From NCBI GenBank assembly GCA_051942165.1, contig JAVECS010000034.1, positions 1 through 34,897 on the forward strand: DNA of 34,897 nt, read 5' to 3'. The notes below the pieces were generated by a model. The model was not told where the DNA came from. It saw only the letters and a program-made list of their open reading frames with translations, and did no database searches. A program made the translations under genes and the position numbers. Positions 15,358 to 27,070 of this stretch are shown here, in pieces (position 1 is the stretch's first letter; the number at the start of each line of letters is the position of its first letter). This DNA comes from Circinaria calcarea. Lineage: Eukaryota.

Positions 15358-18035
15358 CTAGCCATTCTCTTCATTAGCCGCTTCCTCCTCACTCGCCGCC
15401 CGCTCCATCTCCGCCTCGAGATCGTCTTCCAGATCGCTCCAGCCATCCCCGTCCCCGTCCCCGTCCTCTTCACCCTCCCCATCATCATCTTCCGACCCAC
15501 GCTCCTCCGTCCCCGTTCCATTCCCATCCTCTGTCGCCGTAAAAACCTCCGTCTGGCTCAGATTCGTCGACCGCGCCACAGCCCGCTTCTTCCTCGCTGT
15601 CCTTTCCGAACTATCCGCTGCCGGCCCGCTCATCTCATCATGGTTCCGCTTCCCGCCTTCCTTCTTCCTCTTCAAGCTACTCTTGCCACTCTCGGCGCTG
15701 GCGACACTGTCACCGTCGCTGTCGTCTGCTTCGCTGCCGAGGAATTCGGCGAGCTCGTCTTGCATGTGTCTCCAGTCTTCGTTTGTGCCTCCAACGGGAC
15801 TTTGCTCGTCGGCCAGGTCTTCTGGCAGCACGCCATCCAAGTCCTCTTCCTCCGTGAGATCTCCGGTCCGGATTTTCAATCGGATGGGACCGGGCATGAG
15901 TTTCTCGGAGCCTTCGCTTTCTGTCACCTCAGCATCGGTGTCCATGGAACTGCCAATGTCCTCGCTCTCGCTCAAAACCTCGTCGACTTCACCCGGTAAT
16001 GCTCTCCCAACATCGCCTTCCCCGGTCCTGAGTAAGTAAGGAGTCTCGCTTAATCTTTTCCATTGGCTGATACTATCCATCAGCCATTTCGTTCCCACAA
16101 CCTTGATCCTCCCCTTGCCTGCTCGGACGGCTTTTCGAACTTTGGCAGTGCGATTCTTGGCCGCGATCAAGTGCGTGGTCCTCTTTCTGGATATCTCCTC
16201 TTCCACTATTGCCCCAAAGCTTTTCGCCCACAGCGCTATATCACTGCTCTGGACATCCACACCAAGAGGAACAACGCCGGAGAAGACAAGAACAACGCCA
16301 GCGAGTACTCGCACTTTGATAGAAGGCATAATGATCTTGACGTCAGGGATCATGTCGAGATCAAGGTTCGCATTCAGGGGGGTTTTACGTTTATTGGAGA
16401 CTTGCGCGCCACGAAGTTCGGCAATGCGACCACCCTGAGCACTCGCTAATTGCTGAGCATGGGTTTCAAAGAACTCGGCGTGAACCTTACGCAGAGCTTG
16501 CTCGAGATACTTCAGTTCAGTATCATGGTCTTGAAGCAGGTTATGACGAGGTTTATCCAGCTCGTTAATGGAGGACGCGTTGCTGTCCTTATTGTCTTTT
16601 TGTTTGCCAGATTCAGAAGCTGCATCCTCTGCTTCGAGTTGCTTCTGCTTCTGAAGTAAAGGTCTATCTTGTAACTGAGCTGCGAGTGTTTCGTCCTGTT
16701 TACTTGTTTGAGCTTGAAGCACGATAGGATCATCTCCTCCTCCCATCGATACTAGCTGATCGAGAGCTGATACATTCGTACTTCCTCCGTCCCCATTACT
16801 CGTAGTGTGTCCTGGCTGTGGCGAGTCGCCATTCACCTTGGGTTCTAAATCAGGCTTCGTTGCGCCTTCTGCGAGATGCTGATTCGGGTCCGGATTTGCA
16901 GCCGTTGTAGCTTTCGGGGTTGATTTGAGCTGTGGCTTCTTTGGCAAGAAGCTCGAGTTTATATCGCCGATACCTACAAAGAAGTCGTATGGGGTTACTT
17001 TGATGAGATTCTCATTCCATTTCCACACATCTCCCCTGTCATCAATGATGACAACCATCTTAGTATCGACGGGAAAGAGACGTTGTAAACTCTTGGCAAC
17101 TAGACTTCCGCTTTCGTCGCGACTCAATATCCGATCGCCAAAGATCTTTCTCTCAGGGTCAATGAGATTAGCAATGTTTTGGGCATATGCTCTCGTACCC
17201 ATTGTGTAGATGTGTAGTTCATAGATTTTGGAAATATTCTCGAGGAATTCCTTGAGCCCAGGTCGTAACTTGATGTAGTACCAACAGCTTCGAGCGACTG
17301 GTCCGTCGTCTACAAGCTGAAATGCACAAACGTCCTTCACAGCATCATAATTCGGGTTGTCTGGGTCATTCTTCCATTCCCCCACCGTCGGGTCTACCGT
17401 CGCGTGGATGATTGTCTGATCTAGATCCACAACAAGAGAAAGCTTCTTGGAAGCTAGTAGACGTCGTTTGGCCTCCTCGTCAACTTTCGAAGCTTCATCT
17501 TCGCTAACTTTGAGGAAAACGTTGTCGTGAACCATGTTTATCTGTGCCCGACTGGCATCGACCTTGGAGGTCACATATGTGGACCTGGAAGGAGATTAAG
17601 ATTAGCATAGTGCTTCTTAATTAGATGAGAGGACTCCTAGTACTCTGTCATGTCTTTCCCACACATGACGCACAACCCGCCATACTGAACACCATGCGCG
17701 CATGGTTCTTCTATCTCCGCGATTTCGACACTGAGACTCTAATCAGCAACAGCTTTGGCCAAGTCGATATCCATCATGACCTACCCTGGCTTTGTAATGA
17801 CCGCACCCTTTTCCACTTTCCACGCCTTCAAGATCCCATCGACATTCGACTCGAATCTAGTCGGGAACGTCTTCTCGACCTGATATTGGTTACCCAATAC
17901 GTCACCTTCTGTCACCGTGGTTTTGTAGAAGTACGAAAACAATGGTGCGAACCTCTCGACATTGTCGTTTGGTTGCTTCAGAAGCTCCGTAATGGTGATT
18001 GGATAGTGCAAACTCTGGGGTAACCGAAGCTGCAT
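15358..18035 (-). CDS. FCP1: RNA polymerase II CTD phosphatase; 3 exons
   Basis: EEPCAHGVQYGGLCVMCGKDM, catalytic LVVDLDQTIIH, YIKLRPGL, IYTMGTRAYA, VVIIDDRGDVW, BRCT domain (VFSGVVP...THLIAAKNRTAK...WLMDSISQW), acidic tail. Confidence 0.96.
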
Positions 18036-18451
18036 TGGTTGTCGGCGATTTGATAGCTCGCGCTATGTTCCAAGCATAGTAAGGTCGGCGTTGATGAAAG
18101 TTACGATGAAGCCTATGCTGAGTCGCGTGTGTAGTTTGTTTGCGCCCAGGGCGTGAAGTCGAAAAGTTTGCAACGGCGATATCGTAGGCTTCTCGAAGTA
18201 AACACCGTTAGGACGATTTATGGAAGCACAGTAACCGTTGTTGATGAGCAATGGCACCGATTAGTTTCTGCCGGCAGAGCTCTGTATTTATGGAAGCTTT
18301 ATCACGAAAGTCTTGGCGCGGATAGGCCGTAGAAAAGATGGAACTGCGGGAGCGCCTCTTTATGATGGATTTGGTGGTCAGAGCTCCGCACTCTATACCG
18401 CAAGCGAAGTAGCGCCATTCCACCTCAGCGTCGTCACTGCATTCATCCAAA

Positions 18452-18463
18452 CCTAACCCTAAC
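18452..18463 (+). promoter_or_regulatory. Interstitial telomere-like motif CCTAACCCTAAC (candidate Tbf1/Myb-type telobox site)
   Basis: About two units of the TTAGGG repeat (C strand), ~420 nt upstream of the FCP1 ATG. The function is inferred. Confidence 0.35.
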
Positions 18464-18868
18464 GGCCAAGAGTTTGGTAAACGAGGCCCAAGTACAACTA
18501 ACACAACAAGGCCTGCACATCTCCAATGCTGATCATAACGATAAATTACTTCTGATGTATCCTTCGCTCGACATACACATGCAACCTACAACCAACCAGA
18601 TGCACTCATCGCTTCTTGGGAAAGCCCCTGCTTATAACTTCCTGTCGGGGAGTTGGCGCAGTTATGTTTAAACATTATGGTAATCCCTCTGTCGATACGG
18701 CGGCATGACCCATCATCTCTTGGGGAAACCTGCTTCTCTCCCTAAGCATGCGCATATGCGGCGCTTTGCATCTGGATTGAAAGCTTGCCCTAATAGGCTT
18801 ACAACAAGTAACACAAGATTTCAGGGGTATCTTTTTGCAAACCGAAAGTCACCAAGGCATCTATATCA

Positions 18869-19675
18869 TCATCCCCCGGGTAAGCTTATTTTCTCGCTGT
18901 CCTCATCCGGCCCCTGTTCTGCCTTCTCTTTCCTCTTCTGTGTGACGTCCCAGTTGTACACCCTCGCGGTCGCGACTTCAAGTGTCTATCCAGCATATCA
19001 ACAGACAGTCTTGGTCAAATAAAGAGACCATCATACCGTGATCTGCTCCCTCAAAAAATCGAGATCCTCTTCGCAATTTGCCAAATTCTGCTTTGCAGCA
19101 GCTAGCTTGGAATCCAACAGCATCTCGGCCTCAGATAGAGGATACGCCAACATGACATTGGCACCTAGCCACAGATATACCTCTTCTGTAGGTGGGATAA
19201 GTGCCTTGGCGTAAAGGGTATCGTTCAGCTCGAAAGTAGTTTCTATCGGGTCGGAATCTGGCTGGAACATTCATGAATTCTATTATACGTGTCCTCGAAA
19301 TGTAGAACCGACCTTCCGAGTCTGAAGAAATCGTACTGTATCCAACGTTTTCTGGATATCCGGAATCTTGTCCTTGAGACCGGCAGCTCTCCTCTGGGTA
19401 TTGACTTCCATAAATTGATATTTCCTGCCACAACATAAGCGGTGTACCGACCCCGTTGGCTTCAATGCATACGAGATCATTTCTTGGAAGCTCTTCATGG
19501 TCCCGTCCACCTCTACTCTTGAGGAAACGTAATCCTCTACTTTGTCGATGAAAGGCGCCTGGGGAATCCCCCGAGGATTTGTTGCCGCATCCTTGCTGTT
19601 CCGTGTTAGCTACAGGATGCTGTCTAGAGATGGTGTAATATTTCGTTCTAATTACGTCTGTAGTTTCCTAGACAT
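18869..19675 (-). CDS. PAC10: Prefoldin subunit 3 (VBP1/Gim2); 5 exons
   Basis: TNPRGIPQAPFIDKVEDYV, KYQFME, KIPDIQKTL, TTFELNDTLYAKA, VYLWLGANVMLAYP, DLDFLREQIT|TLEVATARVYNWDV. Confidence 0.95.
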
Positions 19676-19859
19676 CTCCTGTTCAGAAGGATTTGTTCAA
19701 AGTCAGGCTCGAATGCTCCGCGTAAAAAAAGAGGGGGGGGGGTTTGTTGCTCGTGCTGTCATCGGCGTTCGGACGAACCGGTCGTGATGAGCTGACCCAG
19801 AAAAATATTTTGTTCTCTGGATCTTCTCTAAGATCACATATGAAACCTCAGCCGATGCA

Positions 19860-20870
19860 ATGACCATAATCCTATCATATGGTCTCAGATCGATTCCAGC
19901 GCAGATTTCTACACTCCCTTTACACAACAGCTCACAATTCCTCCGCTGCGCTCTGGTCCTCCCCTCCCAGTGCAATCGCCGGAGCCATCCCCCCAAAGCC
20001 CTCACCCGCTTGACCACCACAACCACAGCAACCCGCGTTAACCACCATCCCCTCGTCAACCCTCCTTCCAGTACCCTACCCGCGCCACTCGTTATCCCTT
20101 CCTCGTCTCCCTCCCAATCAGCTCCCTCCTACTATCTCTCCCTTGGCCGTGCCTACCTCTCCTTCTACAAAACCGGACTCAAAGCCGTCTACGGCAATTA
20201 CAAAGCAAGCCGCGCTCTACGTGCTCGACTACCTCCCTCAACGCCTCCTCCAGATGCGCTTCGAAAGGGACTACTGTCGCGGGGGGAATGGCAGCTGATA
20301 CGCAGAAGCAGGCAGGATGTAGCCAAGATCCCACTGTTCGCGCTGGTGTTTATGATATGCGGAGAATTCACGCCTCTGGTGGTAGTGTATATTAGGGGGT
20401 TCGTGCCGAGGACGTGTCTGGTGCCGAAGCAAGTGGGGCGAGCAAGAGAAAAAGCCGAGGTGAGAAGGGCGAGGAGTTTCCGAGAGGGGACGGTCCAATC
20501 TCAAAATGTCGCTTCGTCTGTACAACAGCTTGGGACGGGTGAGATTTTGCACATCGGGAGGAGTCTGGGATTATACTCGACACTATGGGATCGTATAGGG
20601 AAAGTACCAGTTGGGCTCGTCAGAAGCCGGATTGTTAAACAAACCAAATATCTAGATCTGGATGATATGGCCATCGAAAGGGACGGAGGGGTTGAGCAGA
20701 TGGAGATGGAAGAGGTAAGAATTGCGATGGAGGAGAGAGGACTGGACGTACTAGGCAAGAATGATGCACAGTTGAGAAATGTTCTAAGGAGCTGGCTGCA
20801 CGCAAGGAGGCAGCAGCCAGTAACAAAACTATTGCTGACGAGGCTGTCGGTATGGGAAAAGGATAGATGA
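19860..20870 (+). CDS. LETM1-like mitochondrial membrane protein (Pnt1-like), intronless
   Basis: Basic/hydroxylated presequence-like N-terminus; GRAYLSFYKTGLKAV, LSRGEWQLIRRSRQDVAKIPLFALVFMICGEFTPLVV...VPRTC, YLDLDDMAIERDGG...EERG. Confidence 0.8.
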   Translation: MTIILSYGLRSIPAQISTLPLHNSSQFLRCALVLPSQCNRRSHPPKALTRLTTTTTATRVNHHPLVNPPSSTLPAPLVIPSSSPSQSAPSYYLSLGRAYLSFYKTGLKAVYGNYKASRALRARLPPSTPPPDALRKGLLSRGEWQLIRRSRQDVAKIPLFALVFMICGEFTPLVVVYIRGFVPRTCLVPKQVGRAREKAEVRRARSFREGTVQSQNVASSVQQLGTGEILHIGRSLGLYSTLWDRIGKVPVGLVRSRIVKQTKYLDLDDMAIERDGGVEQMEMEEVRIAMEERGLDVLGKNDAQLRNVLRSWLHARRQQPVTKLLLTRLSVWEKDR

Positions 20871-21251
20871 GAAGGGTCTAGTAAACCCGCGGACATGGAG
20901 TGTATATCAGTCAGCGTCGGCATAGTTCAAAGTAGGGCAGCAAATATCATGCATCTGATGATGTGTAAAATAGTGTAAGATAGTTTTAATAGAATCACTG
21001 CTCTCCCAGCCCTTGTTTTGAGGGACGATCCTATCTAACCTTGGGTTCCACGTAAATTTATTGTACATGTGCGTTAACGGTCGTGAAGAGCTTCTAAATG
21101 ATCACCAAGCTAGACAGTTCTAGCTCAATTCCTAGCAAAGCGTACCGCCCATGATTTCTCATACATCTAAGAAATCTGTTGCACAAAGCTCGGTGTAGTC
21201 ATCGCTAAAGTAACGTGTTTACTGAAAAGGTTCAATATGGTTCATGTCTGC

Positions 21252-24200
21252 TCACCGTTTCCACTTTGCAAGCTGCTCCATGATATTCTGGACATGTTGC
21301 TGCTGCTGCTGTCCTTGTTGTGGTTGCTGATACTGTGGCGGCATAGCTTGTTGAAGTGGATGAGCTGGATGAGCTGGATGATGTGGGGCGCCGCCTCCTG
21401 TGTAGCCGACATTAGCGGCCGGATTCCCATATTGGTACTGCTGAAGTGGCGTATGTGGCGGCTGCTGCGATTGCTGTGGCTGAGATGGCGGATAAGGGTA
21501 GCCTTGCTGAGGTGGCACCTGATATGGAGGAGCTTGTTGTCGATTAACGGTTCCAAGGAGAGCTGCAAGATCTTGACTCTGGGCCGGAGGTGTCTGCTGG
21601 ACATGATGCTGTGGGATATGCTGTTGGTGGCTTTGAGGGGTCTGAGGGCTCTGTTGCATAGCACCAAGTAGTTTCTGAAGGGCAGGCCCATCCAGAGATG
21701 TAATCAGATTTGCGATGTTGGGCTGGGCCACAGTAGATGACGGCTGTTGCTGATGCGATGATTGGTTATTGAAGGGAGGGTACGCAGGGTTCACGTATGC
21801 TGGGCCTGGCCCAGGATGCTGATTTCGTGGTAGCACAGATGCAACATTCGTTGACTTGGCTCGTACAACAAGCTCTGCGGCAATGTGTGCATCCAAGTCT
21901 TCATATTCTATAAAAAGTTAGCTTCCATACCACGATGTCGGGTATCATGAGACACAAACCTTCAAAACGCACCTCTTCGGTCCCTCTGGATCGGTCAAAT
22001 ACTTGTAACGGAATCTTACCGGTCACTTGTGCCGAACGATGGAGCTTTACGACAGCTGGGACACCTTCCAAAATCTGTCTCTTGATAACCGCTGCAAGCG
22101 ATAGGCGAGGAGGCAAAAGCATAACTTCAGAACGAAGCCCCCGATCACGAAACGACTTTTCAATGTATGCCACAAACGCCCTGTAAGCAAGCAAATAGGT
22201 TTTAGTCACAATGATATTTTCAGTTAGGCCGAAAACTGACCTGTCTAGCTCATCCACCAAGATCATCTGAACATCAGGTATATCCCTCGGATTTCGTCGT
22301 GGGACCGGTAAAGCCGCATCCTCATCAAGCTCTCGCCTTCGAGGACTTGGGCTCCTATACCGTACAGGTGGTCGACCAAATGGTGATCTGGATCGACTTC
22401 GTCGGCGGCCATAATGTCTGTCCGGACTTCTATCTCTTGGTCCACGAAACTCATCTCGGCCGTGAAACCCTCTCGGAGAAGTTGAACGAATTGGCCGATA
22501 ATCATCTCTACGCCTGGGCTCGTCTCGAAAGTCGCTAAAAGGTACACCTCCAACATATCTATCTCCACTAAATCGCTGTCCCATACCACGAGAGTGTGGT
22601 CCACGCCCGTAGTCTGGCGAACGCGAACGGCGAATGTAGCTAGCCCTCAGGCTATCACCATCGGCCGTAGCGGTAGCATTACGTGTGTTCTTTTGCGGCT
22701 TGGCAATTTCGAGATCTGCATGAGGATCAGCAAAGAACCTTTGATAACATCATTTTTATAATTCAATCCTTACTCATGTTCCTTTCCTTGATTCTCAACC
22801 CATGCTCTGCTTCCTTTGCGCGATAACAGGATCTAGCGTCGAGATATTGAATGAACCCAAATGCTTGCTTGATCGAGATCTGCGCAAGGTCGCCGTACTT
22901 GTGGAAAATTAGGAACAAATCGCGTTTGCTTACAGACTCGGTAGGTAAGTTGCCTATTGTTCCGTGTTAGTAATTGGAACAGTGAACATCTGGCGCCGAA
23001 GTTACGTACCAACAAATAACCGAGATCCAGGAGGAAATCGATCCCATACACCCTCTGAAACAAAGATCCTCTCCTTGTTAAGAAAGTCCTCATACTTTTT
23101 CTCGATTTCCGGGGTCCAGGATGGATCTCTTCCGTCGTCGGTAGGCGCCACAGATCCATTTCCGTTTAGCGCTGAGTTGTCTTGCGTTCTAGCTTGATGA
23201 CTGCTAGGACTGTTCAGCTTCTCAACTTGATTTCTTTGGGGTTGCTGAAAGGTTGCCATTGGAGGAGGGGGAAGGCCATTGGGGGCAGAAGATGTGCCAG
23301 GCGCACCAGCCGCAACAACGGGATGTGCATAACCTTGTGAAGGTCGATAGGTGTTATTGGGTACGGATGAATGGCTGGTCTGAGCGTTTGTATGATGGAC
23401 ATGTGGATAATGGTATGAGCGAATGTCCTCTCCGGGCATGTAATTAGGATGGATGGCTGGTTTTTCTTGGGGAGGTGGACGTGGTGGTAGGCCAACAGGG
23501 CCGGCAAGCATGCCGGAGGAAGCATTGGTGCTACTTGCCGCGTGTACACTGCTTTCTTCTGTTGGCTGACAGGAGGAGGCAATAGGGGAAAAGTGTTCTG
23601 CGGAGAGGTCATTGATACCGGGCGGGGATATGTTATCGAGTAGGGTCTGATAATTGACACCTTCGTTGGCTACATCCTCATCGTCGTTTTCTTCCGTCTG
23701 TATCCGCAAATCGCTCGTGTGACCTGCATTGTCATCATCTGTGGCCTCCGGCTTGATTTGCTCGATAATCATAGAAGACGCTTGGGAGGGTTCAAGGGGT
23801 TCTGGGAGATGCTGGGAGGGATCTCCGGAATGAGGTAAGGTAAAAGAGTCTGACGTGGAGTGGGTATGCGAAGGGGCGGAAAGGGTATCATGAGAAGCCA
23901 CAGATGTAGAAAGCTGATTAGCTAAGAACGATGATTGATTCTGGTTAACAGAAGAGTCTGACTGCTCCTGCTCAGTAACGATATCATCCTTGCCCAAGGA
24001 AATGAAGTTGCCATCATCCTCATGTACCATATTACTGTTATCCTGGCGATTAGTACCATAGCCAAGCTCGTCTCCGTGGCTATGAGAGTTAGCGTTATGA
24101 ATGGACGCATGAGCCGTGAGACCGTACGCCATCTCGTGGTCCAGGGCGGTGAGGTCTCTCAGAGCGTGAGGGTTTTCCATGTGTGTGGACATCAGGTTGA

Positions 24201-24330
24201 AGAGAGGGTCTATCTGCCTCTCCAAGACAGGTATGCTCGATGGCTCTGGAATATGGACTGGCAGTGGGCTCTCTGGTGTTAGGGTGTTGCCACGGAAGTG
24301 CGGGACCTCATTCGTAGCGTTCGAGGTCAT
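21252..24330 (-). CDS. NAB3: Nab3-like RRM RNA-binding protein with RS-rich region, NCOA5-like domain and Q/P-rich C-terminus; multi-exon
   Basis: WDRFPPGSRLFVG|NLPTESVSKRDLFLIFHKYGDLAQISIKQAFGFIQY (RNP2/RNP1), HLEIAKPQK, RSRSRSP repeats, PDVQMILVDELDR, C-terminal VQNIMEQLAKWKR. Confidence 0.78.
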
Positions 24331-24694
24331 GGATGCGACAATGGTGTTGTGGAAAGAGGGCCGCAAGTTGTTCGGATAGGTGATCGTCACCGGAGGAGAG
24401 CAAGGCTGGCTCGACAATGACCTGAGGTTAATGAAGAAGGAAACAATCACATCCGTAGCCTGAGGCCGCAGCAGAACTTATGATTCATCCTGGTTGATCA
24501 CAAAAGGCCATGCAAACAACACGACGAAGAGTGGTGGGAAGGGTTGAAGAACGTGAATTGGATTGCCGATCTTGTCACAAACCGATTGCAACTACGGAAT
24601 TTTCTGGCGTTGGCGTTCTCATCACGTGCCGCTAGCATCATAACTTTCCCATTGTACAGTAAACAGCACAAGCACGGATGTTGGTGAACAAAGC

Positions 24695-25385
24695 ATGCTA
24701 CGCACCTCGCTACTTAGATGTGTTCTACCATACTCTAATGGAGGACTGAGAAGGTTAAGAGGCTCTAGAACTCTGTCTTTCCGGGCAAATGATCCTGAGG
24801 GACCATCAGAGGAAGAGCAAAGGGCTGCAAGACAATGGCTGGCTAGCTATAACCCAAGTACTATTCCTCGCAATCTATGCGATGTGAGTTTCAGTAGATC
24901 TTCGGGACCAGGCGGCCAGAATGTCAACAAGTATGAGGCCCTAATGGATACGAGTATAAACCTGACCTGAACCAGAACCAATTCCAAGGCTACACTCCGT
25001 TTGAGTATGAAAGACCTACTCCCCCTTATCCCTGGACTTTTCCATGAGCAGTTACGTAGTTCTCGATACTACGCCGAGAGATCCAATGCACTGGTCATCC
25101 AGGCCGATGGGAGCCGCCGACAAACCGATAACATTCAAGAATGTCACAAGAAGCTAGAAGACTTGCTACTGACGGTGGGAAGAAACGCCGTGCGTGGAGA
25201 ATCGACACCTAGCCAAATAGCAAAGGTCAAGAAGTTGTAGGTTTTTCTCAGCTAGCTCTAGAATTTTATAATCTAATCTGCCGTGTCACAGGCAACAAGC
25301 CGAGAATGAGGCCCGCCTAAGGCTCAAAAAGACTCTCAGTAGCAAAAAGAGTGCTCGAAGAGGTAGAGGCTCAGGCGACTACTGA
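24695..25385 (+). CDS. ICT1/Pth4-like mitochondrial peptidyl-tRNA hydrolase; exons 24695-24930, 24976-25236, 25292-25385
   Basis: SFSRSSGPGGQNVNK|TNSKATLR (GGQ motif), LVIQADGSRRQTDNIQECHKKL, basic tail NEARLRLKKTLSSKKSARRGRGSGDY*. Confidence 0.88.
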
Positions 25386-26840
25386 GCTTGCAAAAGACCC
25401 GTTTGCATGCTATCTCGCAATGCAAGCAGGCCAGGATTCAATGGCCAGACTTGTAGACATGATAGAACGACCGGTGGCATAACATTCTCAAGAATTTTGG
25501 ATTTGCTCTTTTCAATAATCCAGACAACTTCCTTGACTTGATCCCCACCACTTTCTTGAACAGCTATTCGATAGCGATTCAACATTCTCTTTGCCATGAT
25601 CGAAAGGACCATCTGGATGTCTGGGTCCATGTCATCTTTTTCGAGATATAGCAGGAACCAATCCACCATCTTATGAATAAAGCTTAGGAGGGGGTGGGAA
25701 TTTGTCTTCGATCCGCTGATTATAGGTATGGTATCAATCGATGATTTCAGTCTGTCCAAAACGGAATCCAAAGCCTTCGGAAACTCAGGAGATTTGGTTT
25801 CCATACCCAAAACTGGCTGGCGGATGAAGCAGCTTAACGCAGCAGGACTCTTTGGCCGCATTGCCATCAGGTTGTCTACGACGTGTTGAAGGATTTTGTT
25901 CAAGCACGGCACGCCGGGGAAGCCCGCAATCATGTCGAAGAAGCGTTCTCCAAGACTCTCATCCTCGAATTGCTCCATCGCTGCATCGAATATTGCTATG
26001 GGTATAGCCCCAGATAGTGCCGGGGTGGCACTCAAGTTGGGAAGGGCGTTCTGATTGGCTAAGCCATGAGTTTGAAGGTTTGGATTGATATCCTCCGCGG
26101 TGATGGTCGGTAATGCAATATGGTCTGCTTCAGGATCATCGAGACCGTTTGCCTGTTCTGTGCTTTGACGGCCTTTATCAAGTCCCAGAATCTGTCGTCG
26201 CGCCATAATCTTAGCAATATATATCATCTCTAATTTGGCGTATTCAAGCCAGAGCTCTTTAGACCGTTTACAAAATCTTAGACCTCTTTGCAAAAAGCTT
26301 CTGGCCTCTGTCATATCGCCTTGAGCTTCAATTGCGTAATTTGCGGCATAGATCCAGAGCTCCGGTTTAGTAGGGTGGAGTCGCAATAGACTGGTTAATA
26401 TCTGCGAAACCTTCTTATATGCCTTTTGTTTTTTCGCATAGTCGGCATATTGCATCCATAAACCGATGTCCCCGTGAAATTTTCGCGTGGCCCTATCTAA
26501 AATAAAGAAGATGCGCCGTTGCCCGGTGTGAGCACTTGATTTTACTCCCAATCGTTTGGCTCTCTTCCTTCTTAAAGTTTCGAGATTCATCTCGTACTCG
26601 GCATAACGAGCGTAGTCTGAAGGAGAAGAGCCTCGAGCATTGAGCTTATGTTCAAAGTCCGACCTCTTCTTGGCGATAAGGCCAATTTCTCCCTGCATCT
26701 TGTCAGTTGCAAGGTCAACTGAGATTAGTTCCAGAGGCAAATGAACATACCTTAGTGAAGACTTTCTTTCGCTCGAGCTCCTGGAGTTCGGGGATCGACT
26801 GCTCAAGGTAGAAACGAGCTTTGTCACTTGCGCCGGCCAT
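25379..26840 (-). CDS. UTP6: U3 snoRNA-associated protein 6 (HAT repeats); intron 26693-26750
   Basis: MAGASDKARFYLEQSIPELQELERKKVFTK|GEIGLIAKKRSDFEHKL, YAEYEMNLETLRRKR, RATRKFHGDIGLW, ARSFLQRGLRF, LWLEYAKLE. Confidence 0.93.
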
Positions 26841-27070
26841 ACTACACTATTGCCTCTCTGCCATACAGTCCGTAGGTGTTGGGGGGACTTCAGAACTTCA
26901 TAATTATTTCAAAGGACGGGCGGAAAGGTATAGGCCCGGACTAATCCTTGGCGCGATTTGCACGCGGAAAAGTTACCAGCTTCTTACACTCCTTCACATT
27001 ATTTCCCAGTCGCTCTTCATGCAGTCCATATAATACGCTTTGGGTTCCTCTAGCAAGGCCATAGAGGGCA

